Shown here piece by piece: positions 19,101 through 26,813 of a stretch of 64,000 nt of DNA. The first letter of the stretch is position 1; the number at the start of each line of letters is the position of its first letter. The DNA is from Chloroflexota bacterium. GTDB taxonomy: Bacteria; Chloroflexota; Anaerolineae; Promineifilales; Promineifilaceae. The position numbers and the translations under genes were made by a program. The notes under the pieces were generated by a model. That model was not told the origin of the DNA and searched no databases. It was given only the letters and a program-made list of their open reading frames with translations. Where the stretch lies: the NCBI GenBank assembly GCA_029559155.1, contig JAKQCM010000240.1, positions 3,130 to 67,129 on the forward strand. The letters run 5' to 3'.

Positions 19101-20360
19101 CTTACTCCTCAAAAGCGGCAGCGCCGGATACATGGCCAACAAATCGTCGTGCAAATAGATAACCCCATGAGCGGTATCCAATTCAGCCACCTCAAACCCG
19201 CATAATTTCACCCACGGCTCCTCTCCATGCCGCAGCGCCTGGCTAACTGCTTGCAATTTCACATTTCCCGGCACCGAAGATAACGTGGTCAGCTCTTCCG
19301 CCGAAAGTATAATATCGCTCTCGTTGTCATCATCCTGCTCCACCAAAACAGCATCAGCCAGAGTCAGATGGGGCGGCAAAACACGTGAATACAATGGCGC
19401 CCAATAACGTAGCTCGCTATCGCTGCTGCCAATATAAAGTTGTTCCAGGCTCATCCGAAGCTCTTCCAACAGAGCATCAATCAACTCTTTGCGCAGTCGA
19501 TTCTGGTCTTGTAAAAATTGAGTCAATGTAATCGCATCCCGTCTGGACCCTGCCAGAGCATAACAAGCTCCAGCTAGATGCTGACCCCGCACCATTTTCC
19601 CCTGTATCTGACCAACACGCTGATTCAATCGCGGCTGAATTAAAGTATCTTGTTTCTCCTGAATCATCTCCAGGCGGTCAGCCGCATCGATCTTTAGGAT
19701 ACGCCGCAGCTCATTTGTTGGTTTCACCCGATAAATGCGCGAGCCACTAAACCCCTCATCCATGCGAAAAATCTGGACAACGTCACTGGTCGCAAACAAA
19801 CGTTTGATGATATAGCGTTCTTCGGGATTGTCATTCAACGCCATCAGATCAGAGTTGCTCAAACCTGGTTCAATGCGCGGCTTAACCAGATCGCTGGCGT
19901 AACGATCAAAAATATCTGGCCAAACAACCGGGGAAAAAACGTGTTTATGAATTTGCTCGTTCAGCCGTTCTAATTTTGCCGACTGCTTGGTAAAATGCCA
20001 GGCTGCGCCCTCGCGCATCAGGTAACGAACGCGATCATCCAGAGCGCTGGTAAAAACGACAACCGGCAGCTTCGGTCGAATTTCCCGAACCTGGGTAATA
20101 AACATGGTGATTTCCGGCAACAGATCGTAATCTGCGTCCACAAAAATTAGATCGATATCTTCGTCCTGGTTTATGATGCGCAGCGCCTTTTCAAATGACC
20201 CAGCAATGAAAAAGCGAAATTCGTTTGTGTGACACAAGACAGTTCTGGGAAATTGGTCAGCCTGGATAGAAGTTCCCGGCTGAGTAAAATGTCCCCCAAC
20301 ACACAATGTTTTTAACTTCACAAACCCGTTCAAACTATGTGTGGGCGTTTCTGAAGGCAT
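16158..20360 (-). CDS. 1400-aa multidomain protein: pseudo-receiver, protein-kinase-like/APH-like, Nudix-like, beta-rich linker, P-loop ATPase, winged-helix C-terminus
   Basis: Single uninterrupted ORF. ATG with GAGGAG SD. Domain motifs are listed in the sub-features below. Confidence 0.9.
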   Translation of the reverse strand: MPSETPTHSLNGFVKLKTLCVGGHFTQPGTSIQADQFPRTVLCHTNEFRFFIAGSFEKALRIINQDEDIDLIFVDADYDLLPEITMFITQVREIRPKLPVVVFTSALDDRVRYLMREGAAWHFTKQSAKLERLNEQIHKHVFSPVVWPDIFDRYASDLVKPRIEPGLSNSDLMALNDNPEERYIIKRLFATSDVVQIFRMDEGFSGSRIYRVKPTNELRRILKIDAADRLEMIQEKQDTLIQPRLNQRVGQIQGKMVRGQHLAGACYALAGSRRDAITLTQFLQDQNRLRKELIDALLEELRMSLEQLYIGSSDSELRYWAPLYSRVLPPHLTLADAVLVEQDDDNESDIILSAEELTTLSSVPGNVKLQAVSQALRHGEEPWVKLCGFEVAELDTAHGVIYLHDDLLAMYPALPLLRSKDHPILRFKVAFSESEWDILAHPLIRRGKRICVRGRVVASQETILAQHIARITERPYNLESDSYDLGSGQFISPVTNIRCLLWEIGREDMIVPIPQISPVVHGDLNTTNVLVEAGDTGVAVWLIDFSDARPGHIYYDLAKLEVEFRTHVLYRLYKSMIDEGLWDSDTAFKFALLLEDVLWQAEGDFADFISDLRDYRPIWYDTLYTQFPLYSENLFYFLFSLRQMAKTHSPERFRYHYPVAVFFQSMAALKFEELENAPWYPWAKRLALCSGLVAGKHAVRGIERPLEVSRILNTLRARSAFALITIGSGEDRRYLLQWNANWDMFNLVGGRMDQNQGDKDSFARTIQRKLLEELGLQSPRDYRIVWEYKPLHQRQFSQRDYIFKDYEFHVFKIEFLPRHPLTKEEYDWFAQKLSPERENVLVSRAEIERLRTFTNRQISTTTRMILYELGEITADERDMPTILDFQLDRDHIVVSRGRAQIVGLLTNPQYADIIENLTLDILPSPAYEAEKDSAVIQIGAVNPAQSVPLTIWLHPREKEARIMIRATYYDVRGHEYQQILESEVQFDSLARSSFHVDNPYVVGKPLTAASESLYVGREDVFRWIEENLIGKTQPHTLILYGQRRMGKTSTLYQLVGGHRGKNIREYPGYPIYPVYIDLQRLAGCETAEFFDRLSHDISRNLHRRGIEVSPPASWSINGTLFRDFDDYLDKVEDKLPENGLLVLIMDELEQLQVSIERGQLSQDILSYLRSLMQHRTRVTFILVGTNQLVEDYWSIIFHVGISREIVSLTRDETERLIREPVAPMIQYDDLAVERIWLAARGHPYFSQLICHRLISATNLTNNRSKLISIADVRETFDRILEEDDSHLLHLWNECSREEQLVLASLSGSAELGEEAILRPEIAQRLRHVDFADEVLNQALKSLEQRRLITRQAVEREMQTRLPRPGGWQPTLISKDYAYAVSFDLLRSWIVSKRPLGSLLD
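16611..17378 (-). other. P-loop NTPase domain (Arch_ATPase/AAA_16-like)
   Basis: NPYVVGKPL...YVGRE lead-in. Walker A GQRRMGKTS (K1047). Walker B LLVLIMDELE (aa 1140-1149). Followed by a helical, winged-helix-like tail. Confidence 0.75.
17745..18209 (-). other. Nudix-like domain, variant Nudix box
   Basis: aa ~718-872. GGRMDQNQGDKDSFARTIQRKLLEELGL. The REUXEEXGU position reads R768-K769-L-L-E772-E773-L-G-L (E to K). Roughly half the positions are identical by eye to the standalone Nudix at 20556-21185. Confidence 0.7.
18261..19823 (-). other. protein-kinase-like (APH/ChoK-type) domain with a large insert
   Basis: Gly-rich loop EGFSGSRIYRV. Candidate Lys K223 (RILKID). Catalytic loop VHGDLNTTNVLV (aa 520-531). 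Metal-binding IDFSDA (D544). Confidence 0.65.
19956..20228 (-). other. receiver-like (CheY-fold) domain lacking the acidic Mg-binding pair
   Basis: aa ~45-135. DLIFVD (D75), VVVFT (T104) and HFTKQ (K125) are in receiver-like spacing. The beta1 end reads FFIAGS instead of xxDD. Confidence 0.55.
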
Positions 20361-20390
20361 GGTTGCTCCTCAATTTTGGCCGATTATGCA

Positions 20391-20420
20391 ATTTTATTTA
20401 CTACAATTTAATATTTTCAA
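20391..20420 (-). promoter_or_regulatory. promoter candidate for the 1400-aa gene
   Basis: On the minus strand: TTGAAA (20420-20415), 18-nt spacer, TAAAAT (20396-20391). Lies within a 195-bp AT-rich spacer. Confidence 0.3.
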
Positions 20421-20555
20421 ATTCCTAACATAACGTATCCACATTATGCACGAATATGCGAAGGGGAGGAACTGCGCTTTATAGGATTTTTGTACTAGGC
20501 ACGGCCGTTTCAGGCAAAACACGCAGCATCAATCAGGCAAAACCATGCTTTCAGA

Positions 20556-21185
20556 CTAACAATGAGCGCCATCCAAACAAATCGAATCGTTAAAAGGAAC
20601 AGGCGTCAACTCATCCAAGGCATTCAAGATATACCGCGTTGTCATCGAAATAGGACGATCGTCACAAGTGCGTAACCGGCAAATCTCATCAACGGACACA
20701 TAGATATTCTCTCTGCCAGTAGACAGCCAACGGGCGAAGGTATTTAGCCGGTGACGATCTAGTGCCAACTCCGGAAATAGCTCCACGGCAAAAATGCTAA
20801 AATGATAATTCTTAAAATGGTTGGTACGCTGGGAGTACTGGCGCAAATAAATCTGCTTCAACTCTTTGACGATAAAAAAATCACGCGGGCTGCTTAAGCC
20901 CATCTCCTCTTCAATTTCCCGACAAATGGTCCGTCGAAATGAATTTTGGTCTCCACACGCATTGTCCACTTTACCACCAATCAGATTAAACGCCCCCCAC
21001 TGGTGATTCCATTGCAGCAAATACCTTCTGCTGCTCCCTTCTCCGGCAATAATTCGAGCCAGGGCGCTTTTTTCTACAATTGGCTCAATGGCAGATGGGA
21101 AATAATTCATTTCAAAACAACTTGCTAGTAAATTTGTATGGAAAGCCTGTTGACGCACTTCATGATAGCCTAAAACATACGCCAT
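20556..21185 (-). CDS. standalone Nudix-fold protein, paralogue of the Nudix module in the 1400-aa protein
   Basis: 209 aa. Canonical second half of the Nudix box R89-E-I-E-E93-E94-M-G-L. RRYLLQWN..W..FNLIGG is shared with the fused copy. Confidence 0.8.
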   Translation of the reverse strand: MAYVLGYHEVRQQAFHTNLLASCFEMNYFPSAIEPIVEKSALARIIAGEGSSRRYLLQWNHQWGAFNLIGGKVDNACGDQNSFRRTICREIEEEMGLSSPRDFFIVKELKQIYLRQYSQRTNHFKNYHFSIFAVELFPELALDRHRLNTFARWLSTGRENIYVSVDEICRLRTCDDRPISMTTRYILNALDELTPVPFNDSICLDGAHC

Positions 21186-21238
21186 GAGTATTGTACTTTG
21201 GTCATTTTGCCCTTCGTTTGTCGTCTTTGGGAGAATTT

Positions 21239-22387
21239 TTAGCGCGGATGAAGGAGCGCTTGATAGAGGGAAAGCAGCTCTTGAGCCGCTTTTTGCCAGG
21301 AAAATTGACGTGCGCGACGGTACCCGGCAGCTACCAACTGCGCCCGCCAGGCCGGATCGGCGACCAAATTTTGCAGCGTGGTGGTCCAGGCATTCTGATC
21401 GTGAGGAGAAAGCTGCACGGCCGTTTCCCCCACCACTTCTGGCAGCGATGAACTATACGACGTCACCACCGGCACGCCGCACTGCATCGCCTCCAATAAG
21501 GGCAGCCCAAATCCCTCGTACAAACTTGGAAATAAAAACAAAGTCGCCCGACTGTACAGCGCCGGTAAATCCGCGTCGGCCACAAAACCTAAAAAGCGCA
21601 CACGGCCGTTTAAGCCCTGCCGCTCAATTTCCGCCAACATGTCGTCGTATAACCAACCTTTACCGCCGGCGATATACAAATTGTGCGGGTAAACAGCCGC
21701 CACCGGCGCAAATGCCCGGATAAGCATCTGATAATTTTTGCGCGGCTGCACGGTTCCCACCGACAAAAAATATGGCGTGTCATCCAGGTGGTAGCGGTTG
21801 GCAACGGCCGTTAATATCTCCGGTTCCGTGACCGGCCGAAACTGCTGGTTGACCCCGCTGTACAAGACCGTGATTTTATCCGCCGGGACTTGCCAGGCGG
21901 CCACCAAATCATCGCGCGTCGCGGCTGAATCGGCCAAAACATGCGTCGCCCGCCGAATCGACCACGGGACGACCCGATTCAAATACGCCACCAACACGGA
22001 CGGGTAAACCTCCGGGTAATGAACAAACGACAAATCATGAACGGTCAGAAGGGTGGGAATGCCTTTGGCAACCGGCGGCAGCACAAAATCCGGCGAATGA
22101 AACAAATCGAGCGGCCCGGTGGCCCACTGCACCGGCGCAGGAACCCGCAGGCGATACCACAGCCGATACAACCATGCTTCTGTCAACGGCGCGGCATGAA
22201 AATGAATGTGCTCACCAGATAGCAGCGGATCGGGCACGGCCGTTTGCCCCACCTGTTTGGCGGCAAATAAATGGTAATCGAAACGGCCGTCCAGCGCCGT
22301 CAGCGCCCGCACCAATTCCCGCGTATACCGGCCAATCCCGCCGCCCTGCGTCAGCGCCGAAGTCACATCAATGCCAATGCGCATCAA
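21239..22387 (-). CDS. GT4-family glycosyltransferase
   Basis: C-terminal [19 protein letters not shown] (EX7E region). 382 aa. Confidence 0.85.
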   Translation of the reverse strand: MMRIGIDVTSALTQGGGIGRYTRELVRALTALDGRFDYHLFAAKQVGQTAVPDPLLSGEHIHFHAAPLTEAWLYRLWYRLRVPAPVQWATGPLDLFHSPDFVLPPVAKGIPTLLTVHDLSFVHYPEVYPSVLVAYLNRVVPWSIRRATHVLADSAATRDDLVAAWQVPADKITVLYSGVNQQFRPVTEPEILTAVANRYHLDDTPYFLSVGTVQPRKNYQMLIRAFAPVAAVYPHNLYIAGGKGWLYDDMLAEIERQGLNGRVRFLGFVADADLPALYSRATLFLFPSLYEGFGLPLLEAMQCGVPVVTSYSSSLPEVVGETAVQLSPHDQNAWTTTLQNLVADPAWRAQLVAAGYRRARQFSWQKAAQELLSLYQALLHPR

Positions 22388-22851
22388 TCCACGTCACTAT
22401 AGGTCCAAAAACGATTGACGAAAAAATTCCAGAACAACACCACAACCGTGGCCAACATCTTCGCCGGAATGTAACCCGGCAGCGCCAAAACGCCCATCCC
22501 CGCCAGCAGCGAATCAAATACCGGCTCCATCAACACCAAAATTAAATTATTGATCACCAGTCCGATGATGCTGACCACGGCAAACTGGCCCATTTGCGAC
22601 ATCAAACTCTTGGAGCGCGAATCCGGGTAAGTCCAATACCGGTTAAGCGTGAAATTGCTAATCACGGCCGCGGTAAAGGAGATCGTATTGGCAACCACTG
22701 TCGCCAGCCCGGTGGTTTCTTTGAGCAATGTCAGCGTGCCAAAATCGACCACAAAACCAATCGTGCCGACGATTAAAAACTTGAAAAAGCGTTCGGCTTC
22801 TTTAGGATTGATGCCAAAGCTGCCAGCCACACGCACAAAAATCGCAATCAT
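22384..22851 (-). CDS. GtrA-family membrane protein
   Basis: FFKFLIVGTIGFVVDFG and four hydrophobic segments. ATG at 22851 is preferred; the ORF track uses TTG at 22893, inside the repeat element. 4-bp overlap with the GT4 gene. Confidence 0.75.
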   Translation of the reverse strand: MIAIFVRVAGSFGINPKEAERFFKFLIVGTIGFVVDFGTLTLLKETTGLATVVANTISFTAAVISNFTLNRYWTYPDSRSKSLMSQMGQFAVVSIIGLVINNLILVLMEPVFDSLLAGMGVLALPGYIPAKMLATVVVLFWNFFVNRFWTYSDVD

Positions 22852-22886
22852 GAATTTGCTAAACCTCACCGTAAAAAGAATGTAAC

Positions 22887-22933
22887 CAGACAAACCCCAA
22901 AGGTTTGCTTCCGAAAATTTGGGGTCTGTATGG
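22887..22933. repeat. REP/MITE-like element, truncated copy B
   Basis: CAGACAAACCCCAAAGGTTTG ... AAATTTGGGGTCTGTATGG. Shares TTGGGGTCTGTATG with copy C. Confidence 0.55.
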
Positions 22934-22936
22934 ATT

Positions 22937-24490
22937 TCAAGGCTTCGGCTGTGATGGAGTGGCCAAACGGCCGTCTGCTTTTTGCTTCAGCAACGCCAGC
23001 AGCCCTAACATCACGCCTAAATGAATGTAAATATTATTTACATAAAGTTTATCAACCAGGTGATGAACCGCCAAAGCAGCCCAACATGCCATCAGCCCCA
23101 AAACAATTCCCCGTTCGGCCCCATCCAACCGGGCCAAAAGCCGCCAGGTCTGCCAGACAATCACGCTCCACAGCAGCAAATAAGCCAGCAGCCCAATAAC
23201 CCCCACCTCAGCCAACAAGTTGAGGTAGTAATTGTGCGCGTGGCCCAGAGGATCAGGCCAGTTGATGAGCGCATAAGCCGCATAAGTCGGCTCGTAGTTG
23301 CCAAAGCCCACTCCCCACCAAAGTTGATCGCGGGCCATGCCCAACGCCGCCTGCCAATGGGCCAATCGCTCCAAAACGGCATAATTCGCGTCGTTGATAT
23401 CGGCGCCGCGCACATCGCCGAATTGCAAATCCGCGCCAAAACTTACCAACCGATCAGTGACGCCGGCCGGGATCAGATTAGCCTGCAAGCCAATGATGAA
23501 GAATAACGCGCCAACTACCAGCATGGCGACGCCCCATCGCCGCTGGCGCGGCCAAAAAAACAGCAGCACGGCCGTTCCCGCAACAAACCCCAACCACGCC
23601 CCACGGCTCCACGAAAATACCAGCGCCAACCCCGTCAACAAAGCAACGCCGCCTACCAACAGCAGCGGCGCCCAAACGGACACGGCCGTTAACGAAAAAC
23701 CTGGCTCCCGTTCCCGCCAGCGCCGCCACAAAACCGCTATCAGGCCCAAAACGATGCCTGCCGCCAGCAGCACAGACAAATTGATGAACCCGCCAAAGGG
23801 GTTTGGCTGCTCGAATGTGCCCGACGCGCGATAAAACCGGCCTAAAACAAGAAAATGCTCCGGTCCATCACCGCGCAGGCCAAACTGCCAGATGCCAATC
23901 GCTGCCTGCACTACACCGGAAAAAAGCAGCAGCCCAACCACAAGCCAGGGGAAGAAACGGCCGTTTCTCCCCACCTCCTGGCCTTCCTCCTGGTCCATTT
24001 CCTGGCCAAAATCCACCACCAGCAGGGCCAACAAGCCAATTTCCACCCACTTCATCAGCTCGCGCAAACCGACAGTCACCGAAGGCGCATCCACCACGGT
24101 TGCGGCCATCACCAGCAAAAAAAGGCCCAACGGCGCCGTAAGAAACGTATGGGGCAGCACCAGCCGCCGCCGCGACAAGCCACGCGCCAACCAGACGGCC
24201 AACGTCAGCAGCAGCAGTGCCTGGCCGCTGTCCAGCCCCCAGCCAAACAGCACGCTTTCCAGCGCGCCAAACGGCCCCAACAGAAGCATCAGACACAGCC
24301 CTACGAGCGGTTGGATAAAAGTTAGAAGGATAACGGCCGTTCCCCCCACCAATGCCGCGCCCCACAGCAAAGGCAGCCGTGCCAGCAACACACCCGCCGC
24401 CACTGCCAGCGCGCCAAATAATACTGGCTGGCGCAGCACGGCCGTGGTCCGCCAGCCGGGTTGCCATTTTTGGGGGATTAACGCATTCAT
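22937..24490 (-). CDS. O-antigen ligase/polymerase-like (Wzy_C) polytopic membrane protein
   Basis: 517 aa, at least 10 hydrophobic segments. Large loop with WSRGAWLG-type motif. Confidence 0.75.
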   Translation of the reverse strand: MNALIPQKWQPGWRTTAVLRQPVLFGALAVAAGVLLARLPLLWGAALVGGTAVILLTFIQPLVGLCLMLLLGPFGALESVLFGWGLDSGQALLLLTLAVWLARGLSRRRLVLPHTFLTAPLGLFLLVMAATVVDAPSVTVGLRELMKWVEIGLLALLVVDFGQEMDQEEGQEVGRNGRFFPWLVVGLLLFSGVVQAAIGIWQFGLRGDGPEHFLVLGRFYRASGTFEQPNPFGGFINLSVLLAAGIVLGLIAVLWRRWREREPGFSLTAVSVWAPLLLVGGVALLTGLALVFSWSRGAWLGFVAGTAVLLFFWPRQRRWGVAMLVVGALFFIIGLQANLIPAGVTDRLVSFGADLQFGDVRGADINDANYAVLERLAHWQAALGMARDQLWWGVGFGNYEPTYAAYALINWPDPLGHAHNYYLNLLAEVGVIGLLAYLLLWSVIVWQTWRLLARLDGAERGIVLGLMACWAALAVHHLVDKLYVNNIYIHLGVMLGLLALLKQKADGRLATPSQPKP

Positions 24491-24556
24491 GGGAGAAAAG
24501 GGTAGAGAGAATCGGCCGTTGGTTTTAAAGCGCCAACGGCCGTTTGCCTGTTAAAC

Positions 24557-25501
24557 TTAAACGCGATTTTGGAAATACGCCACAGTTTCCCGCAGCCCTT
24601 CCATCAAATCAACTTTTGGCTCCCAGTCCAACACCCGCCGCGCCTTTGTAATGTCTGGCTGCCGCAATTTGGGGTCATCGGTAAACCGATCATCCTTCGG
24701 ATTTACAAACAAAATGTCCGATCGGCTGCCCGAAACTTCAATCACCGCTTTGGCAAAATCCAGAATGGTCATCTCGCTCGGGTTCCCAATATTCACCGGC
24801 AGAGATTCGGCCGAAAACAGCAGGCGGTAGATGCCTTCCACCAGATCGGTGTAATACTGGAAGGAACGTGTCTGACGGCCGTCGCCGTACACCGTCAACG
24901 GCTTATTGGTGAGCGCCTGGTAAATGAAGTTGGGCACGACACGGCCGTCGTTCAACCGCATCCGTGGGCCATAGGTGTTAAAGATGCGCACAATGCGCGT
25001 TTCCAGGCCATGATACCGCTGATAAGCCAGCACCATCGCCTCTGAAAACCGCTTTGCCTCGTCGTAAACGCCACGCGGACCAATCGGGTTTACATTCCCC
25101 CAATACGTCTCAGGCTGCGGATTCACCTGCGGATCACCGTACACTTCGGAAGTAGAGGCCAGCAGATACCGTGCTTCCTTCACTTTGGCCAGACCTAACG
25201 TATTGTGGGTGCCCAAAGAGCCTACTTTCAACGTCGGAATCGGGTGCGTCAGATAATCATTCGGGCTGGCCGGAGAGGCAAAATGCAGCACCGCATCCAA
25301 TGGGCCTGGCACATAGATGTGATTGCTCACATCATGTTTAATAAACGAAAAACGTTCATTCCCAAACAGATGGGCAATGTTATCCATATTGCCCGTAATT
25401 AAATTATCCATACCCACAACTGTATGGCCTTCTTTGATAAACCGATCAGAAAGATGCGAACCTAGAAACCCGGCCGCGCCTGTAATTAAAACACGCATCA
25501 T
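24557..25501 (-). CDS. UDP-glucuronate decarboxylase-type SDR (UXS)
   Basis: GAAGFLGSH Rossmann motif. YDEAKR catalytic YxxxK. MDNLITG. GGAGG SD directly upstream of the ATG at 25501. The ORF track starts at 25540. Confidence 0.85.
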   Translation of the reverse strand: MMRVLITGAAGFLGSHLSDRFIKEGHTVVGMDNLITGNMDNIAHLFGNERFSFIKHDVSNHIYVPGPLDAVLHFASPASPNDYLTHPIPTLKVGSLGTHNTLGLAKVKEARYLLASTSEVYGDPQVNPQPETYWGNVNPIGPRGVYDEAKRFSEAMVLAYQRYHGLETRIVRIFNTYGPRMRLNDGRVVPNFIYQALTNKPLTVYGDGRQTRSFQYYTDLVEGIYRLLFSAESLPVNIGNPSEMTILDFAKAVIEVSGSRSDILFVNPKDDRFTDDPKLRQPDITKARRVLDWEPKVDLMEGLRETVAYFQNRV

Positions 25502-25651
25502 ACCTCCTATTGTTTGGTCAGATGCAAAAACACCCGACAAGTTATTTTAACCTAGCAATATATCTGCGACGAATCACGACCGGTAATCGTGGGGCAAACG
25601 GTCAACTCGCCATTCAATAAAGCTCGTTGTATACTCTAACAAGCTCACCAA

Positions 25652-26755
25652 ATGGAGTGTTTCATGCACAACACCAATGATAAACGGCCGTCCACTAGCA
25701 AAGCACCATCACCTAACATCCCATCTAACGACAGCCACGAAAGCCGCAAAGCCGACCACATTCGCATCAATTTAGAAGAAGACGTCACGTTCAACAAACT
25801 GACCTCCGGCCTAGAAAAATACTTCTTTCTCCACCAGGCGCTGCCTGAAATCGATCTGGCCGAAGTGAATACCCACACACAGGTTTTCGGCAAAACGCTC
25901 TCCACGCCGCTCCTCATTTCCTCGATGACCGGCGGCACAGCCGAAGCGCGGCAAATCAACCGCACGCTGGCCGCCGCTGCCCAAGAAGTTGGCATCGCCA
26001 TGGGCCTTGGCTCACAGCGCGCCGCCATCGAAGACAACACCCTGGCAGGCACATACCGCGTACGCGATGTCGCCCCGGATATTCTTTTGTTCGCTAACCT
26101 CGGCGCTGTGCAGCTAAATTATGGTTATGGCCTGGACCACTGCCGCCGCGCCGTCGATATGATCGAAGCCGACGCCCTGATTTTGCATTTCAATGCCCTG
26201 CAGGAAGCGGTGCAGCCAGAGGGCGACGGCAATTTTGCCGGTTTGCTAACCAAGGTAGAAGCCATTTGCCGCGCCCTGCCGGTTCCCGTCATCGCCAAGG
26301 AGGTCGGTTGGGGGTTTGCTGAAAACACCGCCCGCCAGCTGGTTTCTGCCGGGGTTGCGGCTATTGATGTGGCCGGAGCCGGAGGCACATCCTGGAGCCA
26401 GGTGGAAATGTACCGCGCGCCAACGGCGCGGCTTGCCAGGGTTGCCGGCGCATTTATTGATTGGGGCATCCCCACGGCCGTTTCTCTGCAATACTGCCGC
26501 GCCGCCGCCCCTAACCTGCCAGTTTTCGCCAGCGGCGGCATCCGTAACGGCATTGATGTGGCCAAATGCATTGCTTTAGGCGCGAATCTGGTCGGGTTTG
26601 CCGGCGAATTCCTGCGCGCAGCCGACAAAGGCGGCGTCGAAGGCGTAGTGGAATTGGCCGGCGCCATCACCGACGAGCTGCGCGTAACCATGTTTTGCAG
26701 CGGCGCAGGCGACCTGCCTACGCTCGCCCAGACCCCGCTGCGCCGCGAATTTTAA
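25652..26755 (+). CDS. fni: type 2 isopentenyl-diphosphate delta-isomerase (FMN-dependent)
   Basis: [22 protein letters not shown] motifs. ATG at 25664 has the better SD. Confidence 0.9.
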   Translation: MECFMHNTNDKRPSTSKAPSPNIPSNDSHESRKADHIRINLEEDVTFNKLTSGLEKYFFLHQALPEIDLAEVNTHTQVFGKTLSTPLLISSMTGGTAEARQINRTLAAAAQEVGIAMGLGSQRAAIEDNTLAGTYRVRDVAPDILLFANLGAVQLNYGYGLDHCRRAVDMIEADALILHFNALQEAVQPEGDGNFAGLLTKVEAICRALPVPVIAKEVGWGFAENTARQLVSAGVAAIDVAGAGGTSWSQVEMYRAPTARLARVAGAFIDWGIPTAVSLQYCRAAAPNLPVFASGGIRNGIDVAKCIALGANLVGFAGEFLRAADKGGVEGVVELAGAITDELRVTMFCSGAGDLPTLAQTPLRREF

Positions 26756-26813
26756 AGAGGCCGGCCCACTTCCGACCTGATATCTCCCATATGTCACCAA
26801 ACGGAAATAACGC

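Noticed and set aside
21184-21723. 179-aa plus-strand ORF starting at the 5-prime end of the standalone Nudix gene.
   Set aside because: It is antisense to the GT4 glycosyltransferase gene, and its translation is Pro/Arg/Ala-rich. It is a shadow ORF and not a fourth member of the candidate system.
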